The notes under the pieces were generated by a model. It saw only the letters and a list, made by a program, of their open reading frames with translations. It made no database searches and was not told the origin of the DNA. Source: a virus (lineage: Duplodnaviria > Heunggongvirae > Uroviricota > Caudoviricetes). From it: 64,000 nucleotides of DNA. Shown here one piece after another: positions 39,457 through 49,474 of the stretch; position 1 is the stretch's first letter, and the number at the start of each line of letters is the position of its first letter. Position numbers and translations under genes: made by a program. The stretch is from the IMG/VR virus record IMGVR_UViG_3300023297_000003. One strand, given 5' to 3'.

Positions 39457-40878
39457 CTAGAATGTAACAGGCATCAAGTTTGAGGCTGTGCCGATCCTTG
39501 GTAACCCAAGTGCCTCGGTAGTAAGCTCCCGGCCCAACGGTAAGGGCTCGGATGACGGTTGCTCTTGCCGTCCGAATCCCAAGGAACTGGTCCGCTTAAT
39601 ACGGAATCGCTCTCTTAGCACTCGTTTTACGCCTCGTGGGTGATCATTAGCTTTGATGTGTTCGTCTCCAGAACGTCTGAGCACACCAGCGCTTCCTACC
39701 CAATCAGCATGAGCTTTCCTGCCGCACGAGCGGCAACGGAACCTTATTGAACTTCGGTTTCCTCGATGAACATAACCACAAGAAGGACACTCCTGCGACG
39801 TGTAAGCAGGGTTCACTTTCTTTGTTGGAGCTTTCCTTTCCAAGTTGATCTGTAACGCCCTGTAAGCAAACCTTTTTTGACCCCTACAACCTCGAAGATC
39901 GAGATCTTCGACCACGAACACCGTCTCGGGATGACGAACGATAAGGGTGTTTACCACACGACCCGTCTCTGTCTTGATCAACCCACTCAATTTGCTCTCA
40001 AGGTGATCCAACTTTGGGCTGTTATCCTTCAAATCCTGCCGTTGGCGATTTGCTCGAAGATTTCTGACACGAGCGTAGAGTTTGTCGAACTTAGGTTTGA
40101 CGTGTTCACCGTAAATCACTCCATCTGATGTAGCTGCAAGGACGTTCAGACCAACGTCAACGCCCAACTTAGGCCAACCTTCCTGTGCTTCGGGAACAAC
40201 CCATTCAGCCTTACTGACCGCCTCAAAGCGCCAAAAGCCTCGCTTGGTTTTGCGGGCTGAGATCCCTTTGCTGACCTGATCAGCTTGTTGAATGTAAAGA
40301 TTCCCAACGAGAGGCAACCAGACGGACTTACGAGCTTCTAACGAAGACACCCTCAACCAGAAGTCCCCGAGAGGGGCTTTAGATGCGTCCTCCAACCGAG
40401 CCGTCATCTCCGACAACCGCATGGGCAGGTTGTCCCTTACGATAGGCTTATTACCTCCGTAGGTGTCCAACAGGGTGTGGTAGGCGTCGAGATGGTCTTG
40501 GGTGATAAACTTCCAGGGCTTACTGATGGCTTTTAATCCGATGACACAGAGTGCTTTGGCGTCCTGTTCGGTGAGGGTACCCTCGTGCTTGAGGTTGGTG
40601 ATAGTCGGTTTCAACTTGCGGGCGTAAGTGGCTTTGGCCCAAGCGCTCACAATTTGGATAGCGTGGTCTCGTGCGATCTTTTCGATTTGGGACGTAAGGT
40701 TGGTGGCCCGTGGGAAGAACGTTTGTTTGGCGGCTTTCGGGAGATTATAGACCTGCTGGTCAAGCATCGTTTGTACGCAAATGCGGACGTACTTGACGTA
40801 TGCTTTGTGTAGGGCTTCCAACTTATCGATCTTGGACTGATTGGTATCCTTGTGAAGTCGGAAGATGCGACACTTCAT
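39457..40878 (-). CDS. tnpB: TnpB, second family (473 aa); probable tnpB-only IS with unresolved ends
   Basis: LGVDVGL, FVVEDL, SQECPSCG..CRSCG, HAD; TTCCTG-N7-CAGGAA hairpin upstream of the start. Confidence 0.9.
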   Translation of the reverse strand: MKCRIFRLHKDTNQSKIDKLEALHKAYVKYVRICVQTMLDQQVYNLPKAAKQTFFPRATNLTSQIEKIARDHAIQIVSAWAKATYARKLKPTITNLKHEGTLTEQDAKALCVIGLKAISKPWKFITQDHLDAYHTLLDTYGGNKPIVRDNLPMRLSEMTARLEDASKAPLGDFWLRVSSLEARKSVWLPLVGNLYIQQADQVSKGISARKTKRGFWRFEAVSKAEWVVPEAQEGWPKLGVDVGLNVLAATSDGVIYGEHVKPKFDKLYARVRNLRANRQRQDLKDNSPKLDHLESKLSGLIKTETGRVVNTLIVRHPETVFVVEDLDLRGCRGQKRFAYRALQINLERKAPTKKVNPAYTSQECPSCGYVHRGNRSSIRFRCRSCGRKAHADWVGSAGVLRRSGDEHIKANDHPRGVKRVLRERFRIKRTSSLGFGRQEQPSSEPLPLGRELTTEALGLPRIGTASNLMPVTF

Positions 40879-40985
40879 TTGCTAACCTCTGCTTCCTGAT
40901 TCAAGCAGGAATAATTAATCTCTAGCAAGTAAGTCGGATACTGTCAAGTACCCCTTCTCCCCGAGATGAAGACACCTCACAGTAC

Positions 40986-42011
40986 TCACCTGTACCTGCG
41001 GATGTGCTCCCCGTGTTCTCTTGCCATGATCTTTGCATACTTTTTCGCTATGCTGATGGGACTTCCAATAACGTCAGTCCCCCCAATTGAAACATCTACG
41101 GTGTTTTCACCGTTATATCCTGATAACATTATTGTGGGTGTTATATACCCACGCCCACTTTCTGCAAGCACCACATCTGCTCTCCACGCCTGACCTCGTT
41201 GCAAGAAGTGGATGTGAACGCTTAGACTGACTAGTTTGTCCAGCTCCTTGGCGATCTTACTTGCTAATGAACGGAGGGGCTTCGGAAGATCAGGATCATT
41301 AGTACTGACTCCGATCCAAGGTTTGGATGCTTGCCGTGTCCCTCTACTGGAGGAGTTTCGTGACAACACCCCTAAGTACCTGAGTGCAATTCTATGGCTA
41401 CTTTTGCGTGAAAGCATCCCCTTCTCCTCAACGTGCAAGCCCTTGCTGGATTCGGCCATTGGTTTGTCATCTATGTCGAAGACCTTCATCTCCCACACGC
41501 CGTCCGCCCCGGTGTTGAACACAGCACCACCGTGCTGCCTGATGATCTTGTCCATGGCCCGGACGTGAGCCGTCGTGTCGCCCTTGTGATCTTTCCAGAG
41601 CGCCTTGGCGTGCTCCGTCCATTTGCCGTCCTCAAAGACGGTGGCGAGTTGCTCCGGGGCAATGGTGTAGAAGCTGGCCGTGTCCGTAGCCACTTCGGCG
41701 GCTTCTTTCGGGTAGGCTGCCTGGGCCTTCATCTGAGTCTCGAACTCATCGGCTTCGGCCTCACCCCCTGAAGGGAAGGTGGCGAAATACTCACGGGGAA
41801 GCGTCATCGGGTTGAGGATGTTCCGAGAGCCCGGAAGGGTGTCAAGGAAGGCCATCCCCAGCAGGATGTTACCGGCTGCGATGAGAACGTGTCGGTCGGA
41901 CCCGGAGGGTAACTCCCAGATCCCATGGTGGTGGGCCTGGTGCCCTTTGACCCACCAGTAGATCTCTTCCAGGGCCTTCCAGTCGAAGGAATTTGCGTCC
42001 CAGGTGTTCAT
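40986..42011 (-). CDS. Hypothetical multidomain protein with RIALRY motif
   Basis: Long ORF in an ATGA/TAATG-coupled operon. Confidence 0.7.
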   Translation of the reverse strand: MNTWDANSFDWKALEEIYWWVKGHQAHHHGIWELPSGSDRHVLIAAGNILLGMAFLDTLPGSRNILNPMTLPREYFATFPSGGEAEADEFETQMKAQAAYPKEAAEVATDTASFYTIAPEQLATVFEDGKWTEHAKALWKDHKGDTTAHVRAMDKIIRQHGGAVFNTGADGVWEMKVFDIDDKPMAESSKGLHVEEKGMLSRKSSHRIALRYLGVLSRNSSSRGTRQASKPWIGVSTNDPDLPKPLRSLASKIAKELDKLVSLSVHIHFLQRGQAWRADVVLAESGRGYITPTIMLSGYNGENTVDVSIGGTDVIGSPISIAKKYAKIMAREHGEHIRRYR

Positions 42012-42751
42012 TTAATGGTCACGATGAGACTGACCCACTCGTCAACCACATCTACTTCACCTTTGATTACGTGGTTGAAGGCCAGATGCAACGCCCGGTA
42101 GAGACTGCGGGCCTCCCGAAGATCTCGTCCCCCTGGTTCTCCATCGGCCACATCCCCATGATCTCGGGTGGTGAAAATGATAGTGTTGTGAACGTCATCT
42201 TCAAACTCGAACCATGTCCGGTCCTTCCGAACGTGGTCTTTGACCGCTTGCCGTCTTTCCTCCAGTGTGCCCCTGACAGCCTCCAGGTAACGTGATGCCA
42301 GGCGACCCGCTGCGGTGGGGGCCATGCGTTGCTTGAGGAGGTAGATCGCTGTTTCGTGCTTGTCAGCCAAATCACCCAGGAAACTCTCCATCCCGGTGGT
42401 CAGAGCACCCGTGGCCAAAGACTGAAGGGTCGTGTCCAGGAACTTCTGAAACTCCTGCTCCGCCTTCAGGGACCGTGTGACCGGACCCTTTTCCTTCGCC
42501 CACTTCTTGAGGTACTTCAGTTCGGCTTCGGTCACCTTAATGGCGTCAACGGGGCTGCCCCCGTAGGAAGCTACAATCTTCTCAGCCAGCGTATCGATCT
42601 CGTCAGGAAGGTTCTCGTACAACCGCTCGAACAGGAGATGGTCCCCATAGTCAGCAACCACCTGCCAGTGCGCTGACTGGTGCTGCTGGTAGAGGGCCTT
42701 TAGAAAACCCAGCAAAGATCCCAGTTTACTCGCAGATGCTTGCCTATCCAT
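42008..42751 (-). CDS. Ferritin/Dps-like four-helix bundle protein (DUF5856-like) with an extra C-terminal domain
   Basis: HQSAHWQV..YGDHLLFERLYE....EID.LAE ... DLADKHE...YLL. Confidence 0.75.
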   Translation of the reverse strand: MDRQASASKLGSLLGFLKALYQQHQSAHWQVVADYGDHLLFERLYENLPDEIDTLAEKIVASYGGSPVDAIKVTEAELKYLKKWAKEKGPVTRSLKAEQEFQKFLDTTLQSLATGALTTGMESFLGDLADKHETAIYLLKQRMAPTAAGRLASRYLEAVRGTLEERRQAVKDHVRKDRTWFEFEDDVHNTIIFTTRDHGDVADGEPGGRDLREARSLYRALHLAFNHVIKGEVDVVDEWVSLIVTIK

Positions 42752-42754
42752 CGG

Positions 42755-43576
42755 TTAGTCCTCTAGGGCCTGAAAGTATCGTTGCGCCAGCTTCGTGGTT
42801 CCTGAAGCCCTCTTGTTCCGCTGGAAAGACTTCAGCAACTCGGTCTGAGCACGAGGGCTCATCGCACGCCACCGTTTCCGGTACATTGCATAAACAGCCA
42901 GGCGGCTCATCCGAAGCTCTCCGTCCATCCAGAAGTTCTCGGGAGCCTGGCCCTCATAGAAGGCGACCCATTCGTTCAGTTCCCTGTCCGACATATTGGA
43001 GAAGGGCCTGTCCGTCACAGCATCCAAGGGCACTGCATTGATGGTGGCCCCGACGACGACCTTGAGCTTGAGCTTGTCCCGGATCGACAGAATACCACCA
43101 GGAGGGGTCTCGAAGTCAATGCCCTGGAAGCTAACTAACGTTGGGGTTTCCCATTCTGCGGACCCATGGACCCCCTTCAGATCACTAAAAGGCTTCCAAG
43201 TTTGGGTCTGAAAGAACTTTTTTATCTCCTGAGTCAATTTCGCTTGCCGAGATTCGGCAATGTCGTAGAAAGCCGACTCCAACGTGGTGTCATACGCAGG
43301 GTGGGCTGTTCGGAAGCGTTGGATCAGTCGAAAGTCGTCGCAGTAGTAGCCGTCACTGAAGCGGTTGTACCCGTACACCCACGTCGTCCTGAAGGTGACA
43401 CTGCCATCCTTCGGGTGAACCGTTTCCTTGGGTGGTCGCACGGCGGGATTGACGTAGCTCATCCCAATCCGGGGAGCGCCCCCGTTCCACGGCTTACCAT
43501 CGGGGGACTGCCCTTTCAGGAGCATGGCCTTGGCGACGTCGTAGACCTCGCCAATCGTGTTGTTCCGCCTACTCAT
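42755..43576 (-). CDS. Hypothetical protein ending in KLAQRYF
   Basis: Operon context. Confidence 0.7.
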   Translation of the reverse strand: MSRRNNTIGEVYDVAKAMLLKGQSPDGKPWNGGAPRIGMSYVNPAVRPPKETVHPKDGSVTFRTTWVYGYNRFSDGYYCDDFRLIQRFRTAHPAYDTTLESAFYDIAESRQAKLTQEIKKFFQTQTWKPFSDLKGVHGSAEWETPTLVSFQGIDFETPPGGILSIRDKLKLKVVVGATINAVPLDAVTDRPFSNMSDRELNEWVAFYEGQAPENFWMDGELRMSRLAVYAMYRKRWRAMSPRAQTELLKSFQRNKRASGTTKLAQRYFQALED

Positions 43577-44015
43577 CCCACCCTTCCATCACATGCCCCA
43601 GTTGCTCGATGATATACCCGAGGTCACCGACGTAGCCCCAGTCGGTCTCTCCCTGGGTTTTGAACTCCTGGGCGTTCTTCTTCATACGGCGCTCAATCTT
43701 CGCCCACATCGTGTTGACTTCACGAGTCCGTTTGGCGAAGGCTTGCTTCGCAGACTCGGCTGCTCTGCGCTCTTGGAAATACCGGGTGGCGATTCTGTGG
43801 GCTGCATTTTTCTGACTTTCCATAACTTCCAACTTTTTGTAATAGTCGGGGTCTTCGGTGAGGTGATCCATTGCAATTTCACGAGCGAGGTCGGGGTCGG
43901 TGGTGTGTTCCATTTCCACCTTCCGACCCTTCCCCAATTGCTTGGGGTTGAAATCGGAGGGCTTTTTGCCGACAGCCAGTCCGCCGGGCACCTTCTCTTC
44001 CGTTCCTCTCCTCAT
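43569..44015 (-). CDS. DUF5661-like protein with RIATRYF linker
   Basis: G.KVEMEHT.D...A.EIAMDHL.EDPDYY.KL..ME. Confidence 0.8.
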   Translation of the reverse strand: MRRGTEEKVPGGLAVGKKPSDFNPKQLGKGRKVEMEHTTDPDLAREIAMDHLTEDPDYYKKLEVMESQKNAAHRIATRYFQERRAAESAKQAFAKRTREVNTMWAKIERRMKKNAQEFKTQGETDWGYVGDLGYIIEQLGHVMEGWDE

Positions 44016-44667
44016 GTTGAGCCTCCACCCTGGGGCAACCCCTGGTCGACAAGGCTACTGTATAGGGAGGCTAACGGGGGAGATCCGCAGGGAATCGCCC
44101 CGAACCGGGACAGGGTACTCCTGGTTCAACAACATGACGGCGAAAACGTCCATTGGGATAGGTCGAGGTTGTGCGGCCACAATAGGGACAGGTGGCCGGA
44201 ACACCCCCCGTGTGGGAGCTTTTCCTGGAGCGTGAAACTATCAACACACCATCCAAGAAAATGCGTTCACCGGCCTCTGTGACCCAGAGGCCCCGCTTCC
44301 CCTCATGCAGTGCCAACTCATAGCTGGAGAAGTTCCCTCTGCCAGGGATGTTGTAGCGAGCTTTGGGTGTCACCGGACCCATCGGCCCCGAGCCCTATCC
44401 CGTATCATCCGTTTCGGGTTGCGAGGATCATTGTCACGAACGAGACCCTCTAGATCCTGGATCGTTCGCAGAGCCACCCGGTACTCCTGCATCGTGAGAC
44501 TAGCCCCCTCGGGGGAACCCCGGTGGGACTCTGGAAGGCTCTCCTTCAGGGTTTCCAAGGGCCTCAGTTTACGTCTGAACTCCATCTCATCGCCGGGGTG
44601 CCACCCGTGGGTGCTGGTTCGCATCAGGTTGTCGATCTGAACAGCCAAACGGCGAAGGTCTAATGGA

Positions 44668-45579
44668 CTAGGCATAAAACAAACCCTCCTCATCCGGTGG
44701 GTCTTCCTCGGGCACGGGTGGAACCACATGAAAGGACTGGAGAAGTTGTGCGTCCAGCTTTCGCAGGTAGTCCCGCCCGTAGGGACCGTTCTCCAGCTTG
44801 TCCCACAACACGTCGGGCAGATCGCAGGGGATGTCCGGGTGCATCGCCGCTGCGCCCATTGCCAGGGCGGCGACCGTGTCGGTGTCCCCGGTGAAGGCGA
44901 CGCTGGCCTTGAGGATCCCCTTCATCGTCTTGTGACCGGCGAGCGCCGTGACCACCGCACGGAGCACCGGGATTCCCCTGTTGGAGACTGGCCCCTCCCA
45001 GGGTGTCGCCCAGGAGTACCCCGGCACCACATCGTTCAGGTAGTGGGGGAGATCTTTCTGGTCATGACCCTCACGGCAAGCAAACACCAGGGCCGCAGCG
45101 GCAGCGGCTGCATTCATTCCATCTACCGTTGCATGGGTTATGCTGGCCTGCCACACGGCCAAATTCATCGCTTCCCACACGGTTGGGTACAGCCCACAAG
45201 GACCAGCCCGCATTGCACCTCCTGACCTGTCGCTCTGAGGGGTCAGTTTTTGTACCAACTCCGTGCCATTCTGACACTCCAGCAGGACGTTGTAGAAGCC
45301 CGAAGCGTATCCCGGTCGGGGGTCACGCTTGAAAGCGATGAGAAGGCGACGAGCGAGGTACACGGTCGTCCAGGGATCATCCGAGAGCATGAACTCGGCC
45401 ACCCCGCAACTCAACTGAGTATCGTCGGTGTACCGTCCCGGCTTGATCCCGCCCTTGGGGTGCGGGCGATAACCCTGCACCGTGTTGGTCTTGGCGACCA
45501 TCTCAGGTGGGGCAAATTCAAAACCGGCACCGTAAGCATCCCCGATAGCTAGGGCCACCATGAGTCCTGGTTTATCCAT
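44668..45579 (-). CDS. ADP-ribosylglycohydrolase (DraG/ARH family)
   Basis: AIGDAYG, YTDDTQ, GGAMR, THA, GDTDT. Confidence 0.93.
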   Translation of the reverse strand: MDKPGLMVALAIGDAYGAGFEFAPPEMVAKTNTVQGYRPHPKGGIKPGRYTDDTQLSCGVAEFMLSDDPWTTVYLARRLLIAFKRDPRPGYASGFYNVLLECQNGTELVQKLTPQSDRSGGAMRAGPCGLYPTVWEAMNLAVWQASITHATVDGMNAAAAAAALVFACREGHDQKDLPHYLNDVVPGYSWATPWEGPVSNRGIPVLRAVVTALAGHKTMKGILKASVAFTGDTDTVAALAMGAAAMHPDIPCDLPDVLWDKLENGPYGRDYLRKLDAQLLQSFHVVPPVPEEDPPDEEGLFYA

Positions 45580-46485
45580 CAGTGCTCCAGCATCTCAGCG
45601 ACCTGAACTTCGGTGAGGATCTCCCACTCTCCAGTAATGTAGCGGACCTCGGAGAGGGCGCAGATTTCGTGTCCTACGGGAGAATTGTACCGTCGCAACC
45701 CACCCTCGATACACCGGATGGCTGAAAACTTGGCCCGCCACTCAACGGGGCGAACCCACTTGGTGGGGTCTTCCCTGATTGCCCAGATAGCGTCTCGGAT
45801 GAGCATTGTTTCCTCCAGGGGTCATTTGCTCCTCACTTACCCTACTCTGCGGGTCGGGGAGATGATCCCACAGATTTAGGTTCGATGGAAGTGTCGGGTC
45901 GGACAGTGACGTGCGTTGTAACGTCCTCTCTGACGCCGCTGAACGGTCCGTGGCGGCGGTTTCAACGTCGGGCGGGGGCTTCCCCGAGGATGAGGATAAA
46001 CGAGTTTGCGACGGGCTGGTGCGTCAACCTCGGAAACGGGGTCGCCTATCTCGTAATGGGTGCTACCGCTACTCGTGCTGGAGATGGTGATGGTTGCCCC
46101 GCACGTCAGGGTGCTCCCGTGTGCGGTATAGCTCGTCGTGGACGTCATGTCCCCGGTGTTGACGTACAGCGTGAGGGCGACGGTAGAGGTCGGGTGTACG
46201 TCGCAGTGGGTGCCCCCGCAATGAGGACAACGCCACGGAAGGGGCCAAAGTTTAACCACGTTACTTCTCCTCTACCCAGTCCGGTTTCTCCTCACGGAAC
46301 CGATACTGACGGCCCTTGTCCGCAGCGGTAAGGGCGTGACAGCCTGAAGGGATGCCCCCGTCGTGAAGCGCCTGCAACTCGGCTTCAAGTGGTTTCGTGT
46401 TCCCCAGAAGCGCCGCCTCAATACAAACACGCCACTGATGGATGATCCCGTAAACACGATCTAAATGGATGTCGGGGCGTTTCAT
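45579..46485 (-). other. Small hypothetical ORFs (45579-45806, 45876-46259, 46261-46485)
   Basis: Co-oriented, with RBSs; CPHC..HC in the middle ORF. Confidence 0.55.
45842..45869 (-). promoter_or_regulatory. Promoter-like motif GGGATCATCT-N12-GAGTAG
   Basis: Exact motif upstream of the ARH operon. Confidence 0.8.
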
Positions 46486-46513
46486 TCACACCTCCCTTGC
46501 ACCATCTACTCTG

Positions 46514-47872
46514 ATAGTCAACAATGTTGTAGCAATTTCTTACTTTCATTGTCTTTTATGGTGGCGGGGACTATAGACTCCCGCCCTTCGTCAAACAAAC
46601 CATCAGAAGTCCAAAAGAACCCTTTACGATTTATTTGACTTAGCCGTACCCACCATTGGATCTCAAAGAGATCGAGCTTCAAGTTGGAAGCCGCATTCAA
46701 ATCAGCATCTATGGTAAAGCCACATTTGCCACATTTGAACGTCTTACCTTTCCTGTTACTCTTACGGACCCAGCCACACTCGCTACACCTCTGAGACCTA
46801 AACTCGTTCGCAACCTCCCGAAAAAGGAAACCTTCCTCCTCAGAGAGACGAACAAGTTTGTCTTTGATCAAAGTATAGCGCCAATGTGACATATAGCGTG
46901 AACTCCGCTTTGATAAGCGGAGATGCTTGATTTTCTCAAAACGAACTTCTTTCACGTCCTTGAAGTTGAGTTGATTCAAGGACCAATGGATGTAGTTCTT
47001 GCGATGCTCTTGGGTACGACGAAAACCATTCGACCCCTTTTGCTTACGAGCAAGTTTTGCTTGGATCGTTTGGAGGGTATGCCCATGAGGACAACGTTTG
47101 GTTGCTTCTCCATTTGAGAGAGTCAACGCAGTTGTGATACCTTGGTCTGCACCAACTATCTGACTTCCTGAGGCGCTTTTGTTTGGCACTTCGTAAATTA
47201 GATGTAGTGTGTCCTCAGAGATCCTAACACATACTTTCAGGAGTCCCCTAGTCTGCCACTTGTTAGAGCAACGGGTCTTTTTGATAGGAATTCTAATGTG
47301 TGGGATTCCAAGGGATGAGAGTTGAACAAACAAAAAGATGTCTGTCTCTTGGAAACCCACAAAACGAGAATCTAGTTCCAGATTGATTCCTGAAGCGTCC
47401 GGTTTCACAAGAGGTTGCCGGTCAACCCTTGACTGGAGGTACTGGTACTTCTTACCTTCTCGCTGAAGGTTAGCCAGCACGAAAAGTTGTTTCCGTCGTT
47501 TCTCCGTGGCTGCCTTGAGCATCATAACGGCTTGTTTACCAGCAGCTTGTTGAAGCCTTGCTGATATCTCTGTTGGGAACTGCTTGAGGTACTTTGTGGG
47601 TAGAAGGCTCTTGCCTTTGAAATCCAGTCTGTTTGAGCTTGGGAAAAAGTCCCACGTTGGAAAGCCATTCTCCCATATGTCGTTTAGAATGCGTTGGACA
47701 AAAAGGCGATACTCTCCGATAAGTTCCCCTACCAATCTCACCTTACCTGGGTTTGCAAACCGCAAGCTATGAGCAGAAGACCGAATCATTTCGCTACCTT
47801 AAGTTCTCAATCCCATGGTTGCAGTTTACTAAAGAAAAACAAAAAACACAAGCCTTCTTATCAAGGTAAGCT
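46514..47872 (-). mobile_element. tnpB-only IS, copy 2 (1359 bp), inserted into a promoter-like motif
   Basis: Ends shared with 7917-9274; joining the flanks gives TGGATCATCC-N12-GAGTAG. Confidence 0.9.
46518..47789 (-). CDS. tnpB: TnpB, intact (423 aa)
   Basis: IVGADQG, VRFEKI, SQRCSECG..CGKCG, DADLNAASNL. Confidence 0.93.
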   Translation of the reverse strand: MIRSSAHSLRFANPGKVRLVGELIGEYRLFVQRILNDIWENGFPTWDFFPSSNRLDFKGKSLLPTKYLKQFPTEISARLQQAAGKQAVMMLKAATEKRRKQLFVLANLQREGKKYQYLQSRVDRQPLVKPDASGINLELDSRFVGFQETDIFLFVQLSSLGIPHIRIPIKKTRCSNKWQTRGLLKVCVRISEDTLHLIYEVPNKSASGSQIVGADQGITTALTLSNGEATKRCPHGHTLQTIQAKLARKQKGSNGFRRTQEHRKNYIHWSLNQLNFKDVKEVRFEKIKHLRLSKRSSRYMSHWRYTLIKDKLVRLSEEEGFLFREVANEFRSQRCSECGWVRKSNRKGKTFKCGKCGFTIDADLNAASNLKLDLFEIQWWVRLSQINRKGFFWTSDGLFDEGRESIVPATIKDNESKKLLQHC

Positions 47873-47901
47873 GTACGGGGTAGGATGATCCAGGAGGCGC
47901 A

Positions 47902-48798
47902 ATGGCTGGACTACGTGTGATCACCGGGAGGGAGGACCAGCGTCTCGGGGTTGCCGATTACGTTTGGATAGATGAAAAAGGTACCTCCAGGGTCAAAACC
48001 CGCACGATCCCGGTCGCCTCAGGGAAAGGGGCTGACGTTCCGATCCTGGAACCCTGGACTACCTCAAGTAGCGCCTCAGACGAGCAGACCATCCTGTCCG
48101 TCTGCCACTACCTCCCGGACCCGGTACGCCCACAGCCCAGCTTCATCGCCCTGTGTGAGGTTCGGGATCCCCAGAACGTTCCAACAGACGACAACAAACG
48201 AGCAGCCCTCAGGAAACACACCGCTGCGGAGGACTCCAGATTCTGGTGGGGCCTTTGCCAGCCCTACTGTCTGGAACCTCAGAGTAAGGTGGGCTGCCAA
48301 ACCGTTGCCGAAAGGCATCTGGCGATGTGCGTGGACGCCGGGATCATGATCCACAGTGCCCAACATGATGACATCCTCGGCCATTGGGACTTCAAAGTGG
48401 GGTACCGGAGTTTGCCGACAAACATCGACCCGGAGCCTCCTGTCGCCCTGGTGGTTGCCGACCACCTCTGGATCGCCCGGTATCTTCTCAGTCGAGCTGC
48501 CCGAGAAATGGGTCTGACGGTGGTGTACCCGCACGGGTCCGTTGGTTCCGTGTTCTTCTCCTCGGAGGACATGCGGAACAAGGTAGTCTCCACGCCCGAC
48601 GTGGTCACAGAGGTGCGGAAGTACGCCAAGGGCCTCACCGTCCGGTCCCGTTTGTCCCTGGCCTTCGGAGGCCGTGTTTGTATCGAGATCAGGGGCTTCA
48701 AGGTCGACGCCGACCCCTACGTCACACTCAACCAGAGCATCCAAATGATCCTCATAGACACGGGAGATACGAATGGCAAAGAAGGTCGTGATAGTTGA
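47902..48798 (+). CDS. Glutamine synthetase type II-like protein with degenerate active site
   Basis: YVWID..G..R.KTRTI, HWDFKVG, ADHLWIARYLL.R, S...MR, DPY; the conserved EQEY reads CQPY. Confidence 0.7.
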   Translation: MAGLRVITGREDQRLGVADYVWIDEKGTSRVKTRTIPVASGKGADVPILEPWTTSSSASDEQTILSVCHYLPDPVRPQPSFIALCEVRDPQNVPTDDNKRAALRKHTAAEDSRFWWGLCQPYCLEPQSKVGCQTVAERHLAMCVDAGIMIHSAQHDDILGHWDFKVGYRSLPTNIDPEPPVALVVADHLWIARYLLSRAAREMGLTVVYPHGSVGSVFFSSEDMRNKVVSTPDVVTEVRKYAKGLTVRSRLSLAFGGRVCIEIRGFKVDADPYVTLNQSIQMILIDTGDTNGKEGRDS

Positions 48799-49474
48799 AG
48801 GACTGATCAGCGCTGGAAAAACCACGCTGGCTCAAGAACTGGGTGTGGCGCTGGGCGAGGGCACCCTCACCCTGATCGAGCCGGATGAGAAGGACAACGC
48901 CAATCCTTACCTGGCGGACTACTACTCGGATCCCAAGGCTTGGGCCTTCCCGATGCAAATTCACCTGTTGGCGATGAGGTACCGGATGCACCTTCACGCC
49001 CAGTGGCACGCCATGCAGGGCCACGGGCACGCCGTGCTGGATCGGAGTTACCAGGGCGACACAGCTTTCGCCAGGCTTCAACTCAAGAATGGGATGATGA
49101 GTGACCGGGAGTTCAAAACCTATCAGACCCTGTACCACGGGATGACAGCATCAGTACTTCTCCCGACCGTGTGCCTCCACATCCTGGTGTCCCCAGAGGT
49201 CGCCCAAGAGCGCATAGCCAAGCGGATGAGGACTGAGCTGGGACGGGATTGTGAAAGCGGGATCAGCCTGGAGTACCTCCGGGATCTCGATCAGGAGATC
49301 AGCCACATGATCAGTGTTCTCCAACAACAAGGCGTCACAGTGTATCAGATCCCCTGGGAGGACGACCGGGCAACCCCTGAATCGAGGGCGAGTGCCGTTG
49401 ACAGTATTGCCTCCCGGATCAAGAATCTCACCCCACCTGATCTGTTCCTGGACATGCACCGTCGTACTCTCTGA
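48773..49474 (+). CDS. Deoxynucleoside kinase
   Basis: VEGLISAGKTT, EP, YY.DP..WAF.MQI, LDRS. Confidence 0.92.
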   Translation: MAKKVVIVEGLISAGKTTLAQELGVALGEGTLTLIEPDEKDNANPYLADYYSDPKAWAFPMQIHLLAMRYRMHLHAQWHAMQGHGHAVLDRSYQGDTAFARLQLKNGMMSDREFKTYQTLYHGMTASVLLPTVCLHILVSPEVAQERIAKRMRTELGRDCESGISLEYLRDLDQEISHMISVLQQQGVTVYQIPWEDDRATPESRASAVDSIASRIKNLTPPDLFLDMHRRTL

